64,000 nt of DNA, taken from assembly GCF_963921235.1 (NCBI RefSeq), contig NC_086108.1, forward strand, positions 32,986,001 to 33,050,000. The letters are read 5' to 3'. The DNA comes from Mobula hypostoma (lineage: Eukaryota). The translations under genes and the position numbers were made by a program. Numbering within the stretch: position 1 is the stretch's first letter; every line of letters begins with the position of its first letter. A model generated the notes under the pieces. That model did no database searches. It saw only the letters and a list, made by a program, of their open reading frames with translations, and had not been told where the DNA came from. Shown here piece by piece: positions 12,225 to 22,490 of this stretch.

Positions 12225-12371
12225 CCCCATAGAGAGGAGTTGCAGGCAGGTGGTCACACCAGGGCCACGGGAGGCAGACAAGTGGTTAGGAGGGGAAGGG
12301 GAAGAGTCAGGTAATAGAGAGTACCCCAGTGGCTGTGCCCCTTAACAATAGGTACTCCTGTTTGAGTACTG

Positions 12372-12977
12372 TTGGGGGGGACAGCTTACCCGGGGGGAAG
12401 CGACGGTGGCCGTGCCTCCGGCACAGAGTCTGGCCCTGTAGCTCAGAAGGGTAGGGCAAGGAAGAGGAGGGCAGTTGTGATAGGGGACTCGATAGTAAGG
12501 GGGTCAGATAGGCGATTCTGTGGACGCAGTTCAGAGACCTGGATGGTAGTTTGCCTCCCTGGTGCCAGGGTCCGGGATATTTCTGATCGTGTCCAAGATA
12601 TCCTGAAGTGGGAAGGTGAGGAGCCAGAGGTCATGGTACATATAGGTACCAATGACATAGGTAGGAAAAGGGATGAGGTCCTGAAAGGAGAATATAGGGA
12701 GCTAGGAAGGGAGTTGAGAAAAAGGACCGCAAAGGTAGTAATCTCGGGATTACTGCCTGTGCCACGCGACAGTGAGAGTAGGAATGCGATGAGGTGGAGG
12801 ATAAATGCGTGGCTGAGGGATTGGAGCAGGGGGCAGGGATTCAAGTTTTTGGATCATTGGGACCTCTTTTGGCGCAGGCGTGACCTGTACAAAAAGGACG
12901 GGTTACACTTGAATCCTAGGGGGACCAATATCCTAGCAGGGAGATTAGCGAGGGCTACTGAGGTGACTTTAAACTAG
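12372..12977 (+). pseudogene. CR1 ORF1 C-terminal SGNH/GDSL esterase domain
   Basis: Blocks VIGDSIVRG, LPGARV, HIGTNDI and DGLHLN. The N-terminus is truncated or frameshifted. Confidence 0.9.
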
Positions 12978-15900
12978 AATGGTTGGGGGGTGGGAATCAA
13001 ATTAAAGAGGCTAGGCGTGAGGAGGTTAGTTCACAAAAGGGGGATGGGAACCAGTGCAGAGAGACAGAGGGGTGTAAAGTGAGGGTAGAAGCAAAAAGTA
13101 CTAAGGAGAAAAGTGAAAGTGGCAGGCCAACAAATCCAGGGCAAGCATTAAAAAGGGCCACTTTTCAACATAATTGTACAAGGGCTAAGAGAGTTGTAAA
13201 AGAGCGCCTGAAGGCTTTGTGTGTCAATGCAAGGAGCATTCGTAATAAGGTGGATGAATTGAAAGTGCAGATTGTTATTAATGATTATGATATAGTTGGG
13301 ATCACAGAGACATGGCTCCAGGGTGACCAAGGATGGGAGCTCAACGTTCAGGGATATTCAATATTCAGGAGGGATAGACATGAAGGAAGGGGAGGTGGGG
13401 TGGCGTTGCTGGATAAAGAAGAGATTAACGCAATAGAAAGGAAGGACATAAGCCGGGAAGATATGGAATCGATATGGGTAGAGCTGCGTAACACTAAGGG
13501 GCAGAAGACGCTGGTGGGAGTTGTGTACAGGCCACCTAACAGTAGTAGTGAGGTCGGAGATGGTATTAAACAGGAAATTAGAAATGTGTGCAATAAAGGA
13601 ACAGCAGTTATAATGGGTGACTTCAATCTACATGTAGATTGGGTGAACCAAATTGGTAAAGGTGCTGAGGAAGAGGATTTCTTGGAATGTATGCGGGATG
13701 GTTTTTTGAACCAACATGTCGAGGAACCAACTAGAGAGCAGGCTTTTCTGGACTGGGTTTTGAGCAATGAGGAAGGGTTAATTAGCAATCTTGTCGTGAG
13801 AGGCCCCTTGGGTAAGAGTGACCATAATATGGTGGAATTCTTCATTAAGATGGAGAGTGACATAGTTAATTCAGAAACAAAGGTTCTGAACTTAAAGAAG
13901 GGTAACTTTGAAGATATGAGACGTGAATTAGCTTAGATAAACTGGCAAATGACACTTAAAGGATTGACGGTGGATATGCAATGGCAAGCATTTAAAGGTT
14001 GCATGGATGAACTACAACAATTGTTCATCCCAGTTTGGCAAAAGAATAAATCAAGGAAGGTAGTGCACCCATGGCTGACAAGAGAAATTAAGGATAGTAT
14101 CAATTCCAAAGAAGAAGCATACAAATTAGCCAGAGAAAGTGGCTCACCTGAGGACTGGGAGAAATTCAGAGTTCAGCAGAGGAGGACAAAGGGCTTAATT
14201 AGGAAGGGGAAAAAAGATTATGAGAGAAAACTGGCAGGGAACGTAAAAACTGACTGTAAAAGCTTTTATAGATATGTAAAAAGGAAAATACTGGTAAAGA
14301 CAAATGTAGGTCCCCTACAGACAGAAACAGGTGAATTGATTATGGGGAGCAAGGACATGGCAGACCAATTGAATAATTACTTTGGTTCTGTCTTCACTAA
14401 GGAGGACATAAATAATCTTCCAGAAATAGTAGGGGACAGAGGGTCCAGTGAGATGGAGGAACTGAGCGAAATACATGTTAGTAGGGAAGTGGTGTTAGGT
14501 AAATTGAAGGGATTGAAGGCAGATAAATCCCCAGGGCCAGATGGTCTGCATCCTAGAGTGCTTAAGGAAGTAGCCCAAGAAATAGTGGATGCATTAGTGA
14601 TAATTTTTCCAAACTCGTTAGATTCTGGACTAGTTCCTGAGGATTGGAGGGTGGCCGAATGTAACCCCACTTTTTAAAAAAGGAGGGAGAGAGAAACTGG
14701 GGAATTATAGACCGGTTAGCCTAACATCGGTGGTGGGGAAACTGCTGGAGTCAGTTATCAAAGATGTGTTAACAGCACATTTGGAAAGCAGTGAAATCAT
14801 CGGACAAAGTCAGCATGGATTTGTGAAAGGAAAATCATGTCTGACGAATCTCATAGAATTTTTTGAGGATGTAACTAGTAGAGTGGATAGGGGAGAACCA
14901 GTAGATGTGGTATATTTGGACTTTCAAAAGACTTTTGACAAGGTCCCACACAGGAGATTAGTGTGCAAACTTAAAGCACACGGTATTGGGGGTAAGGTAT
15001 TGATGTGGCTGGAGAATTGGTTAGCAGACAGGAAGCAAAGAGTGGAAATAAACGGGACCTTTTCAGAATGGCAGGCAGTGACTAGTGGGGTACCGCAAGG
15101 CTCAGTACTCGGACCCCAGTTGTTTACAATATATATTAATGACTTGGATGAGGGAATTAAATGCAGCATCTCCAAGTTTGCGGATGACACGAAGCTGGGT
15201 GGCAGTGTTAGCTGTGAGGAGGATGCTAAGAGGATGCAGAGTGACTTGGATAGGTTGGGTGAGTGGGCAAATACATGGCAGATGCAATTTAATGTGGATA
15301 AATGTGAAGTTATCCACTTTGGTGGCAAAAATAGGAAAACAGATTATTATCTGAATGGTGGCCGATTAGGAGAAGGGGAGGTGCAACGAGATCTGGGTGT
15401 CATTATACACCAGTCATTGAAAGTGGGCATGCAGGTACAGCAGGCGGTGAAAAAGGCGAATGGTATGCTGGCATTTATAGTGAGAGGATTCGAGTACAGG
15501 AGCAGGGAGGTACTACTGCAGTTGTACAAGGCCTTGGTGAGACCACATCTGGAGTATTGTGCGCAGTTTTGGTCCCCTAATCTGAGGAAAGACATTCTTG
15601 CCATAGAGGGAGTACAAAGAAGGTTCACCAGATTGATTCCTGGGATGGCAGGACTTTCATATGAAAAAAGACTGGATGAACTGGGCTTGTACTCATTGGA
15701 ATTTAGAAGATAGAGGGGGGATCTGATTGAAACGTATAAAATCCTAAAGAGATTGGACAGGCTAGATGCAGGAAGATTGTTCCCGATGTTGGGGAAGTCC
15801 AGAACAAGGAGCCACAGTTTGAGGATAAAGGGGAAGCCTTTTAGGACCGAGATTAGGAAAAACTTCTTCACACAGAGAGTGGTGAATCTGTGGAATTCTC

Positions 15901-16016
15901 TGCCACAGGAAACAGTTGAGGCCAGTTCATTGGCTATATTTAAGAGGGAGTTAGATATGGCCCTTGTGGCTATGGGGATCAGGGGGTATGGAGGGAAGGC
16001 TGGGGCGGGGTTCTGA
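12968..16016 (+). pseudogene. CR1 ORF2 (AP endonuclease + RT) with few lesions
   Basis: APE motifs NARSIRNK, GITETW, YRPP, MGDFN and SDHN, followed by RT motifs. Stops at 13934-13936 and 15711-15713 and a frameshift near 14655. Confidence 0.93.
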
Positions 16017-16316
16017 GTTGGATGATCAGCCATGATCATAATAAATGGCGGTGCAGGCTCGAAGGGCCGAATGGCCTACTCCTGCACCTATTTTCTATGT
16101 TTCTATGTTTCTATGAAACCTGGAATTCCTTGGAGCCTTGAAAATCCTCCTCTAGTGACGTGACAAATCTGTGATCCTTTTCCCAGAGATGATTGTTCCG
16201 TATTCACCAATGACCTCTAAATATTCACACAGCTGATCTGTGCTCAAACTCCAGTCTGTTCTTTTGGCACCTATTTCATTTGTGCTTGTGAATGAATTAA
16301 CTTGATACTGTCTCAC

Positions 16317-17255
16317 TGTTGGGTTTCGGTGAGGGCTACATGAAGCCGTGGACTGTAAAAATCAGGTAGCAGTCCGCAATAGCACATTCAGTGCGGAGGT
16401 GTTTATTGTGTGCCAGAGGTGGAGAACTTATAGAAAATTACAAAAGAGAAAATGCAGTTATATACCATCAGACCTTTAGGACCTCAGATCCAAACCATCA
16501 GTCTGAAGAAATATACCTCACCTTACCACACTCTCTCCCCTCCCCACTGGCACCAAAATGAGCCTTTAAGGAAGGATCTCCTTACTCTCGGAGAAATTTG
16601 ATAGTCTATTCTTTGCAAATGTCGGGGGAGTTGTTATCATGAGCCTGAACAATTACACGAAAAACCAAACACAGGAATCCACATCCTTCTTCACAATCAC
16701 AAATGTCCAGTAGAGCTACTAGGACTTGATGTTTCAATCCCTATGGTAAGTTGGCACTCTTGATGTTGGCAGTGGGTTTGGAGTGGTGACAAGGAGGGAG
16801 GGTAGGTACGTCATTGGAGTCATCAGGTGGGCACCCTCCTTCCTTGACGTTTCGTTGATAAGCTCACGACGTCTCCAGAGGGCTCAACGGTGCTACCTGG
16901 TGTCCCAGATACACCCCCCTCAGTTCCATACCCTCCTGTCTTCATCTTGCAGCCCAGTTGTTGTCTTTCCTTTTAATCCAAATCCAATTGCTGCTTTCTT
17001 CTGCCACATTTGACAAGAAATACATTCATCACAAATGAGATCACAATGACCTTGCACAACAAAATCGATCAACAACTAACGATTTTCCAGGAGCCAGCAC
17101 TCCTCCCCATCCCCCAAATCGAATTCTTCCACTGAGAGAGCACAGAGCAGGTGCCACCACAAACAGGCACCTTTTGAAGACACCCCACCCATCAGTCAGG
17201 TCCCCTCCCTGAAACTGGAAGTAACAAAAACCAGGACGTATCAAAGGATGCCACT
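16317..17255 (-). mobile_element. Possible LTR retroelement remnant (LTR 16317-16530, PPT 16531-16546, internal remnant)
   Basis: TG...CA-bounded 214-bp segment. On the minus strand it has TATATAA (~16458-16464) and AATAAA (~16402-16407), preceded by the purine tract GGGGGAGGGGAGAGAG. No second LTR is seen. Confidence 0.4.
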
Positions 17256-17594
17256 GTCTTTGTGTTCAAGTACAAAAATAAGTGTCCATGTTGCACGTGT
17301 TAGCCCAGCATGTGCACCCGATAAGCACAGTGTCAGCACTGCCAAGACAGGGACAATGAAAATTACAGGACTACTGGGGGAGGGAAGAAATGACCTGTGG
17401 CAGACCTTCTCTGTCACAGACACCCACGTGTCTGACTTCACGCAAGGTGTAGTGATGTGCGTTGTGCAAGCTCTTAGCCATTTTAGATTTAGTAACAAAC
17501 AGCTGTAAGTCTCCTTTCATACATTGTTCCAAAAACAGCTCACACAAAGAAACATGCGGGGAAACACATTAAAAACTAAATGAAGTTCAAATAA

Positions 17595-17772
17595 TTGCAG
17601 AAGTCAGAAATCTATTTAAATTAGAAACCGCAGGTCTTATAGCATCTGTGGAAAGAAAAATAGGTAATGTTTCAGGTTGGAGTCACTTCTTTGTACTGAA
17701 AGATTAACTCTGTTTTCTCTTTCCTCAATGCTGCCTGGCCTGCTGAGTGCTTTCAGTGTTTTATGCTTTAAT
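17595..17772. mobile_element. Highly decayed inverted PLE terminal repeat pair
   Basis: AGCATCTGTGGAAAGAAAA ... TTTTCTCTTTCCTCAATGCTGCCTGGCCTGCTGAG. Confidence 0.5.
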
Positions 17773-18220
17773 TATACTAGAAGCCAATCTAAAATAGAAA
17801 TCTGTTGCAGAGCATTTTGTCAACAGGCCAAATTGTCCATGAGTATTATTGTCAGTGTTGCAGGTGGCAGTTATTTCTTCACAATGAGCACTATTGCTAC
17901 CACTCTATCCTCACTGGGTGTAAATCCTGGAACAGTGGCAACCCTGCAAACTGCCTTTTCCAAAAGCTCCATTTCTGAAAGTGTCATTAAAACAAAAACC
18001 TTCATGACATCTTACAAGTTTCTTCTCCCAGGCAGTTAATCTGATCAACCATTTTAGTTAGAGACCCACCCCCTCTATCTATTACCTCAGTCACTGCATT
18101 GTAAACATTTTAAACGGCTTTTTATAATGCTGTTTACTTTGTAAATACATGCTGGTAATTATGTATTTACGCATAGCTTATATGCATTTGTGGGGTTGTG
18201 CACCGAGCCTGGAGGTTAGG

Positions 18221-18264
18221 TGGCAAATGTTTCATCACCAGTCGAGATGACATCATCAGTGGGC
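18221..18264 (-). ncRNA. Minimal type I hammerhead motif, second family
   Basis: CCA-CUGAUGA-U-GUCAUC-UCGACU-GGUGAU-GAAA-CAUU-UGC. Core boxes are intact and stem II has 6 bp; stem I is weak. Confidence 0.7.
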
Positions 18265-18404
18265 AATTGAGTATTGTTTGAACCGGGTGTTCGCGTTTAT
18301 ATTGGATTCACTCGTGGTTCTGATTGGCTGGCTATCACATTGTCTGCTAGTATCTGCTGGCTCCCAGCCAACCATATAGCTGAGTGATCTCCGCTGGCCC
18401 ATAT

Positions 18405-18441
18405 CCCTGGATCCCCGGTTATTCCTGGATCCCCGGTTATT
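18405..18441. repeat. 18-bp tandem duplication
   Basis: CCTGGATCCCCGGTTATT occurs twice in tandem. Confidence 0.85.
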
Positions 18442-18663
18442 GGTTGTTGTGAGCGTGTGTTCTTTGGGTGTCCGTGATTCACCGCTCGGCCCTGATCCTG
18501 CAGATACACAGGTTCATAAATTGCATCCAGTTTAATATGCTTGTTAATAGAGTTTTCTGTTGAGAACCAAACTCCTAAAAATTCTCATGATTTCTTGTTT
18601 TATGCTTCTGCCTGGATTTTTGTAGTTTCCAGACGAGTTTGTGTCCTTCTTGGTGTTTATGTA

Positions 18664-20301
18664 CAGGTTTCCCTCACCATCTGAAGGTAGAGTGTTCTTA
18701 TGAAATGGTTTGTAAGCCGGAATGTCGTAAAGTGAGGAAGCAATTACCATTTACTTTTACGGGAAAATTCTGTGAGCGTTCGCAGACTCAAAAATAACCT
18801 ACCAAATAATGCCAAATAACACATAAAACCTAAAATAACAGTAACATACAGTAAAAGCAGGAATGATATGATAAGTACACAGCCTATATAAAGTAGAAAT
18901 ACTTTTCCACAATCATTGCCGGCACTGTTCTCCGTAGCGAAAATCTCATGCAAGCGCTCTTGGCAGAAAATCTCACATAAGCGCTGTTGGCAAAAACATG
19001 GCACAAGTTCTCTCCAGTAACCTTTAAGCTATGAAGCAGCCAAATCATACCAAATAACACGTAAAAATACACAGCCTATATAAAGTAGAAATAGTGTAGT
19101 ATCACTTACGGGAATCAGGAAGACAGTGTCAAGCACACTGATGATGGTGTGTTAGACTGAGTTGTCGGAGTTTGGGTGGTGCAGTGGCCCCCACCCTCTG
19201 AGCAGCGACCCGATACCGATCCACGAAGTATGCAGGGGTACAGTGGTGGCCAGGATGCACACAGCACACCTTTAAGAAAAAAGCCGAAATAAACAAGCTA
19301 AGTAATTAGGTGCCGCCCGGCACATAAATGTCAGCCCAGATCAGAAACGACACAATCGGCAATCGCCTCTGATCTGGGCCGACATTTAAGTGCCGGGCAG
19401 CACCTAATTAATTAGCTTGTTTATTTCAGCTTTCTTCTTAAAGATGTGCTGTGTGCCTCCTGGCTGCCGTTGCATTCTCCGCGAATCGGTATCTGTCCGC
19501 AGCCTGGGGGCTGGTGTGGTGGGACACTGGGGTGTCATCTCATCGTCGTCTGTTTCCATTAGGGCAGGCAGCTGATCTTCTCCGATGACTGCCCACCTCG
19601 ATGTCGAAGTTCGAGATTCGTTGTCTGCTGTGGCTGATGCGGAAGGCTTGTTTGACTGCTGAGCCTCGCGCATTTTTCTATCATACCGTTCTTTGTAAGC
19701 ACTCAAACCATCTTTCAAATACTGTATGCCCTAAACCGACATACCCTTTCATAATTAAAGTCGTACTTTATTATTGCAGCGAAAATCTCACGCAGTTGCT
19801 TCACGTTCAGTTCCTGGATGACTTCACTTTTGCTACTGAATGCAGTTTTGATTGTTATCTTTTCCTCTTTCAATTGCATCAGCTCTTCATCTATCAGTTC
19901 TTGGTCATGGGATGCCAAAACCTCTTCAACATCATCTTCATCAGCTTCGACAAGCCAAACTCACTTTGTCCTTACTTCGTTCACCACGATCGAAACGCTT
20001 AATTATGTCTAGTTTTACGCTAAGTGTAACACCCTTATGAGCTCTTTTAGGCTTTTCCAATACCTTAGAACTCATCTTGAAAATGGCTGCTCACAGGCAC
20101 GTGTTTAAGCAATGCCAGTGAGAATGCCGTTCCGAATCCGGGGGAGAGCGGCTGCTCAAGGCGCACGCTACCTTTTATCACACGCTGCCTTTCCTTGTAA
20201 CAGTGAAAACACCTTCTGTTAGCAAAAACAGGGAACTAATGTAGGTCTTTCGTAACAGTGAGGTTTCGTAAAGCGAACGTTCGAAAAGCGGGGGACACCT
20301 G
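18664..20301 (-). mobile_element. Tigger/pogo DNA transposon, internally deleted
   Basis: TIRs CAGGTTTCCC / GGGACACCTG with TA TSDs at 18662-63 and 20302-03. Transposase C-terminal remnants in ORFs 19715-19918 and 19404-19718 (LASHDQELIDEELMQL, YKERYDRK). Confidence 0.88.
19205..19500. repeat. ~300-bp imperfect palindrome inside the Tigger element
   Basis: Arms at ~19205-19350 and ~19363-19500 are reverse complements (e.g. GAAATAAACAAGCTAA / TTAGCTTGTTTATTTC and GCCCAGATCAGA / TCTGATCTGGGC). Confidence 0.9.
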
Positions 20302-20624
20302 TACTGAGGTGAGAGACAGAGGAGTTTGGTTTATAATTTTATAAATCCTCCACCTAATAAAGTGGGATTGAATGTATGTTCATGGTCTTCTACTGCTATA
20401 GCCTATCCAATTCGAGGTTCGATATGTTGTGCATTAAGAGATGCTCTTCTGCACACAAGTGGTATAAAAGGGTTATTAGAGTTGCTGTCGCTTTCCCATC
20501 AGCTTGAACCAGCCTGGACATTCTCCTCTGACCTTTCTCATTAGCATGGTGTTTTTGCCCGCAGAACATCCACTCACTGATTTTGTTTTGTTTTTCACAC
20601 CATTCGCTGTAAACTCTAGAGACT

Positions 20625-20695
20625 AGCAACACACATCAAAGTTGCTGGTGAACGCAGCAGGCCAGGCAGCATCTCTAGGAAGAGGTACAGTCGAC
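20625..20695 (-). mobile_element. 71-bp PLE terminal fragment ending at the hammerhead cleavage triplet
   Basis: Near-identical to the insert at 1981. GACT is duplicated at 20621-20624 and 20696-20699. Confidence 0.85.
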
Positions 20696-20939
20696 GACTG
20701 TTGTGCATGAAAATGCCAGGAGATCAACAGATTCTGAGATACTCAAACCACTCAGTCTGGCACCAACAATCTTTCCACAGTCAAAGTCAATTGGATCACA
20801 TTTCTTCCCTATTCGGATGTTTGGTCTGAAAAACAACTGAAATTCTGGACCATGTCTGCATGCTTTAATGCATTGAGTTGCTGCCACATGATTGGCTGAT
20901 TAGATGTTTGCTTCAATTATTTTATTTAGCAATAAATTA

Positions 20940-21205
20940 AGGAGGAAGAAATTCCGACCCTTTGAACCATACCATCTCGGCAACCCCAGTAAACCCAATT
21001 AACCCTAACCTAATCCAGAACCAATTTACATTGGCCTATTAACCTACTCGGTATGTCTTTGGACTGTGGGAGGAAACCAGAGCACCCAGGGAAAACCTTC
21101 GCATTCCACGGGGAGGATGACCAGAGACTCCATACTAAACAGTGGCGGAATTAAACTCCAGACGCTGGAACGCCTGAGATGTAATAGCATCATGCTGACT
21201 GCATC
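20940..21205 (-). mobile_element. tRNA-derived SINE
   Basis: Reverse-complemented core TGTGGGAGGAAACCAGAGCACCCAGGGAAAACC; same class as 46870-47130. Confidence 0.75.
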
Positions 21206-21272
21206 CAACCAACAGGAGTACAGTGCAGGTAACAAAGTGGCCATTGAGTGTATTTGGTGAATAAAGACCACA

Positions 21273-22490
21273 TGACCATAAGACATAGGAGCAAAATTAG
21301 GCCATTCAGCCCATCGCATCTGCTCTGCCATTCAATCATGGCTGATCCCAGATCCCACTCAACCCCATACACCTGCCTTCTCGCCATATCTTTTGATGCC
21401 CTGATCAATCAGGAAATTATCAATTTCCGCCTTAAATATATCTATGGACTTGACCTCCACCACAGTCTGTGGCAGCGCATTCCAAAGATTTACTACTCGC
21501 TGGCTAAAAAAATTTCCTCCTTACCTCTGATCTAAAGGGTCATCCCTCAATTTTGAGGCTGTACCCTCTAGTTTTAGATACACCCACCACAGGAAACATC
21601 CTCTCCACATCCACCTTATCTAGTCCTTTCAACATTCAGTAGGTTTCAATGAGATCCCAATGCATTCTTCTAAATTCCAGTGAGTACGGGCCCAAAGCTG
21701 CCAAAAGCTCCTCATATGTTAACCCCTTCAATCCTGGAATCATCCTCATGAACCTCCTCTGGACTCTTTCCAATGACAACACATCCTTCCTGAGATATGG
21801 AGCCGAAAACTGTTGACAATACTCAAATTGCAGCCTGACTAGTGTCTTATAAAGAATCAGCATTAGCTCCTTGCCTTTATATTTGCCTTCTTTATCACAG
21901 ACTCAACCTGTAAATTAACCAGTAAATAGAGTATTTATTGCTGAGGGGGACAGCCACAGGGGTGCTCTCCACTATCTGACATTCCCCCTTCCCTCTCCTG
22001 ACAGCCACCCATTTATCTGTCTCCTGGAGCCTTGGGGTGACTATCTCCCTGTAGCTCCTGTCTGTAAGTGCTTCACTTTCCTTAACAAGCCAAAGATCAT
22101 CGAGCTGCAGCTCTCCGGTTCCCTGACACGGTCTCCAAGGAGCTGGATTTCAATGTACTTAGGAGGCTGGGAGTCTCCTGGAAATCCCACATCTGACATT
22201 CAGAACAGAAAACTGGCTCTGTAGACATACCCCCTATTCTCTCAAGATTTAAATAAGAAATAAGGAATGGACTTACCTACTTACCTTGCCTCTGCCTGTT
22301 CTCACCAAAGCCCCATTGAGCTAAAGGCTTACCTCACTGCCTCAGACTACTCCAATGATGACTGCTCTGCTAGGTGGTACCTCTCTTTTATAGAGAATGG
22401 GTTTCCCATTGAAAATCTTTGTCGGACCTGCGCGGGAACGCTCCTGTTGCACCTGCGCAGTACTCCAATCAATGACTCCCGTTGAAACAC
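21273..22490 (-). mobile_element. CR1 with large internal deletion (3' end 21273-21922 joined to ORF1 N-terminal/5' region)
   Basis: ORF 21636-21863 (LYKTLVRLQFEYCQQF) and a (TCTTATGG)-type tail. The segment 21925-22160 resembles the ORF1 N-terminal part at 33340-33540. Confidence 0.75.

Larger units (their letters stand above)
12228..16115 (+). mobile_element. Near full-length CR1 LINE subfamily A (ORF1 esterase + ORF2 APE/RT)
   Basis: ORF1 12372-12977, ORF2 pieces 12983-16016, and a (TTTCTATG)3 tail ending at 16115. Confidence 0.97.
18205..18661 (-). mobile_element. Penelope-like element (Poseidon-type) 3' end: GIY-YIG C-terminus + terminal repeat; continues at 20304-20325
   Basis: Removing the Tigger gives TPLSLTSVHKHQEGHKLVW, then EFLGVWFSTENSINKHIKLDAIYEP, which resembles PLE endonuclease ends. 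Confidence 0.75.
20350..21252. mobile_element. Tc1-like non-autonomous DNA transposon remnant with nested inserts
   Basis: Terminal AAAGTGGCCATTGAGTG+TA at 21236-21252. A minus-strand Tc1-like N-terminal remnant (DFDCGKIVGARLSGLSISESVDLL) is present. Confidence 0.7.

Noticed and set aside
15347..16039. 230-aa minus-strand ORF and similar ones (1210-1614, 13348-13863, 14924-15328)
   Set aside because: These are antisense shadows of CR1 ORF2 with no independent motifs. Their recurrence just reflects copies of the same element.
17236..17253. Primer binding site TGGCATCCTTTG
   Set aside because: Only a weak resemblance to a tRNA 3' end, and no 5' LTR is adjacent.
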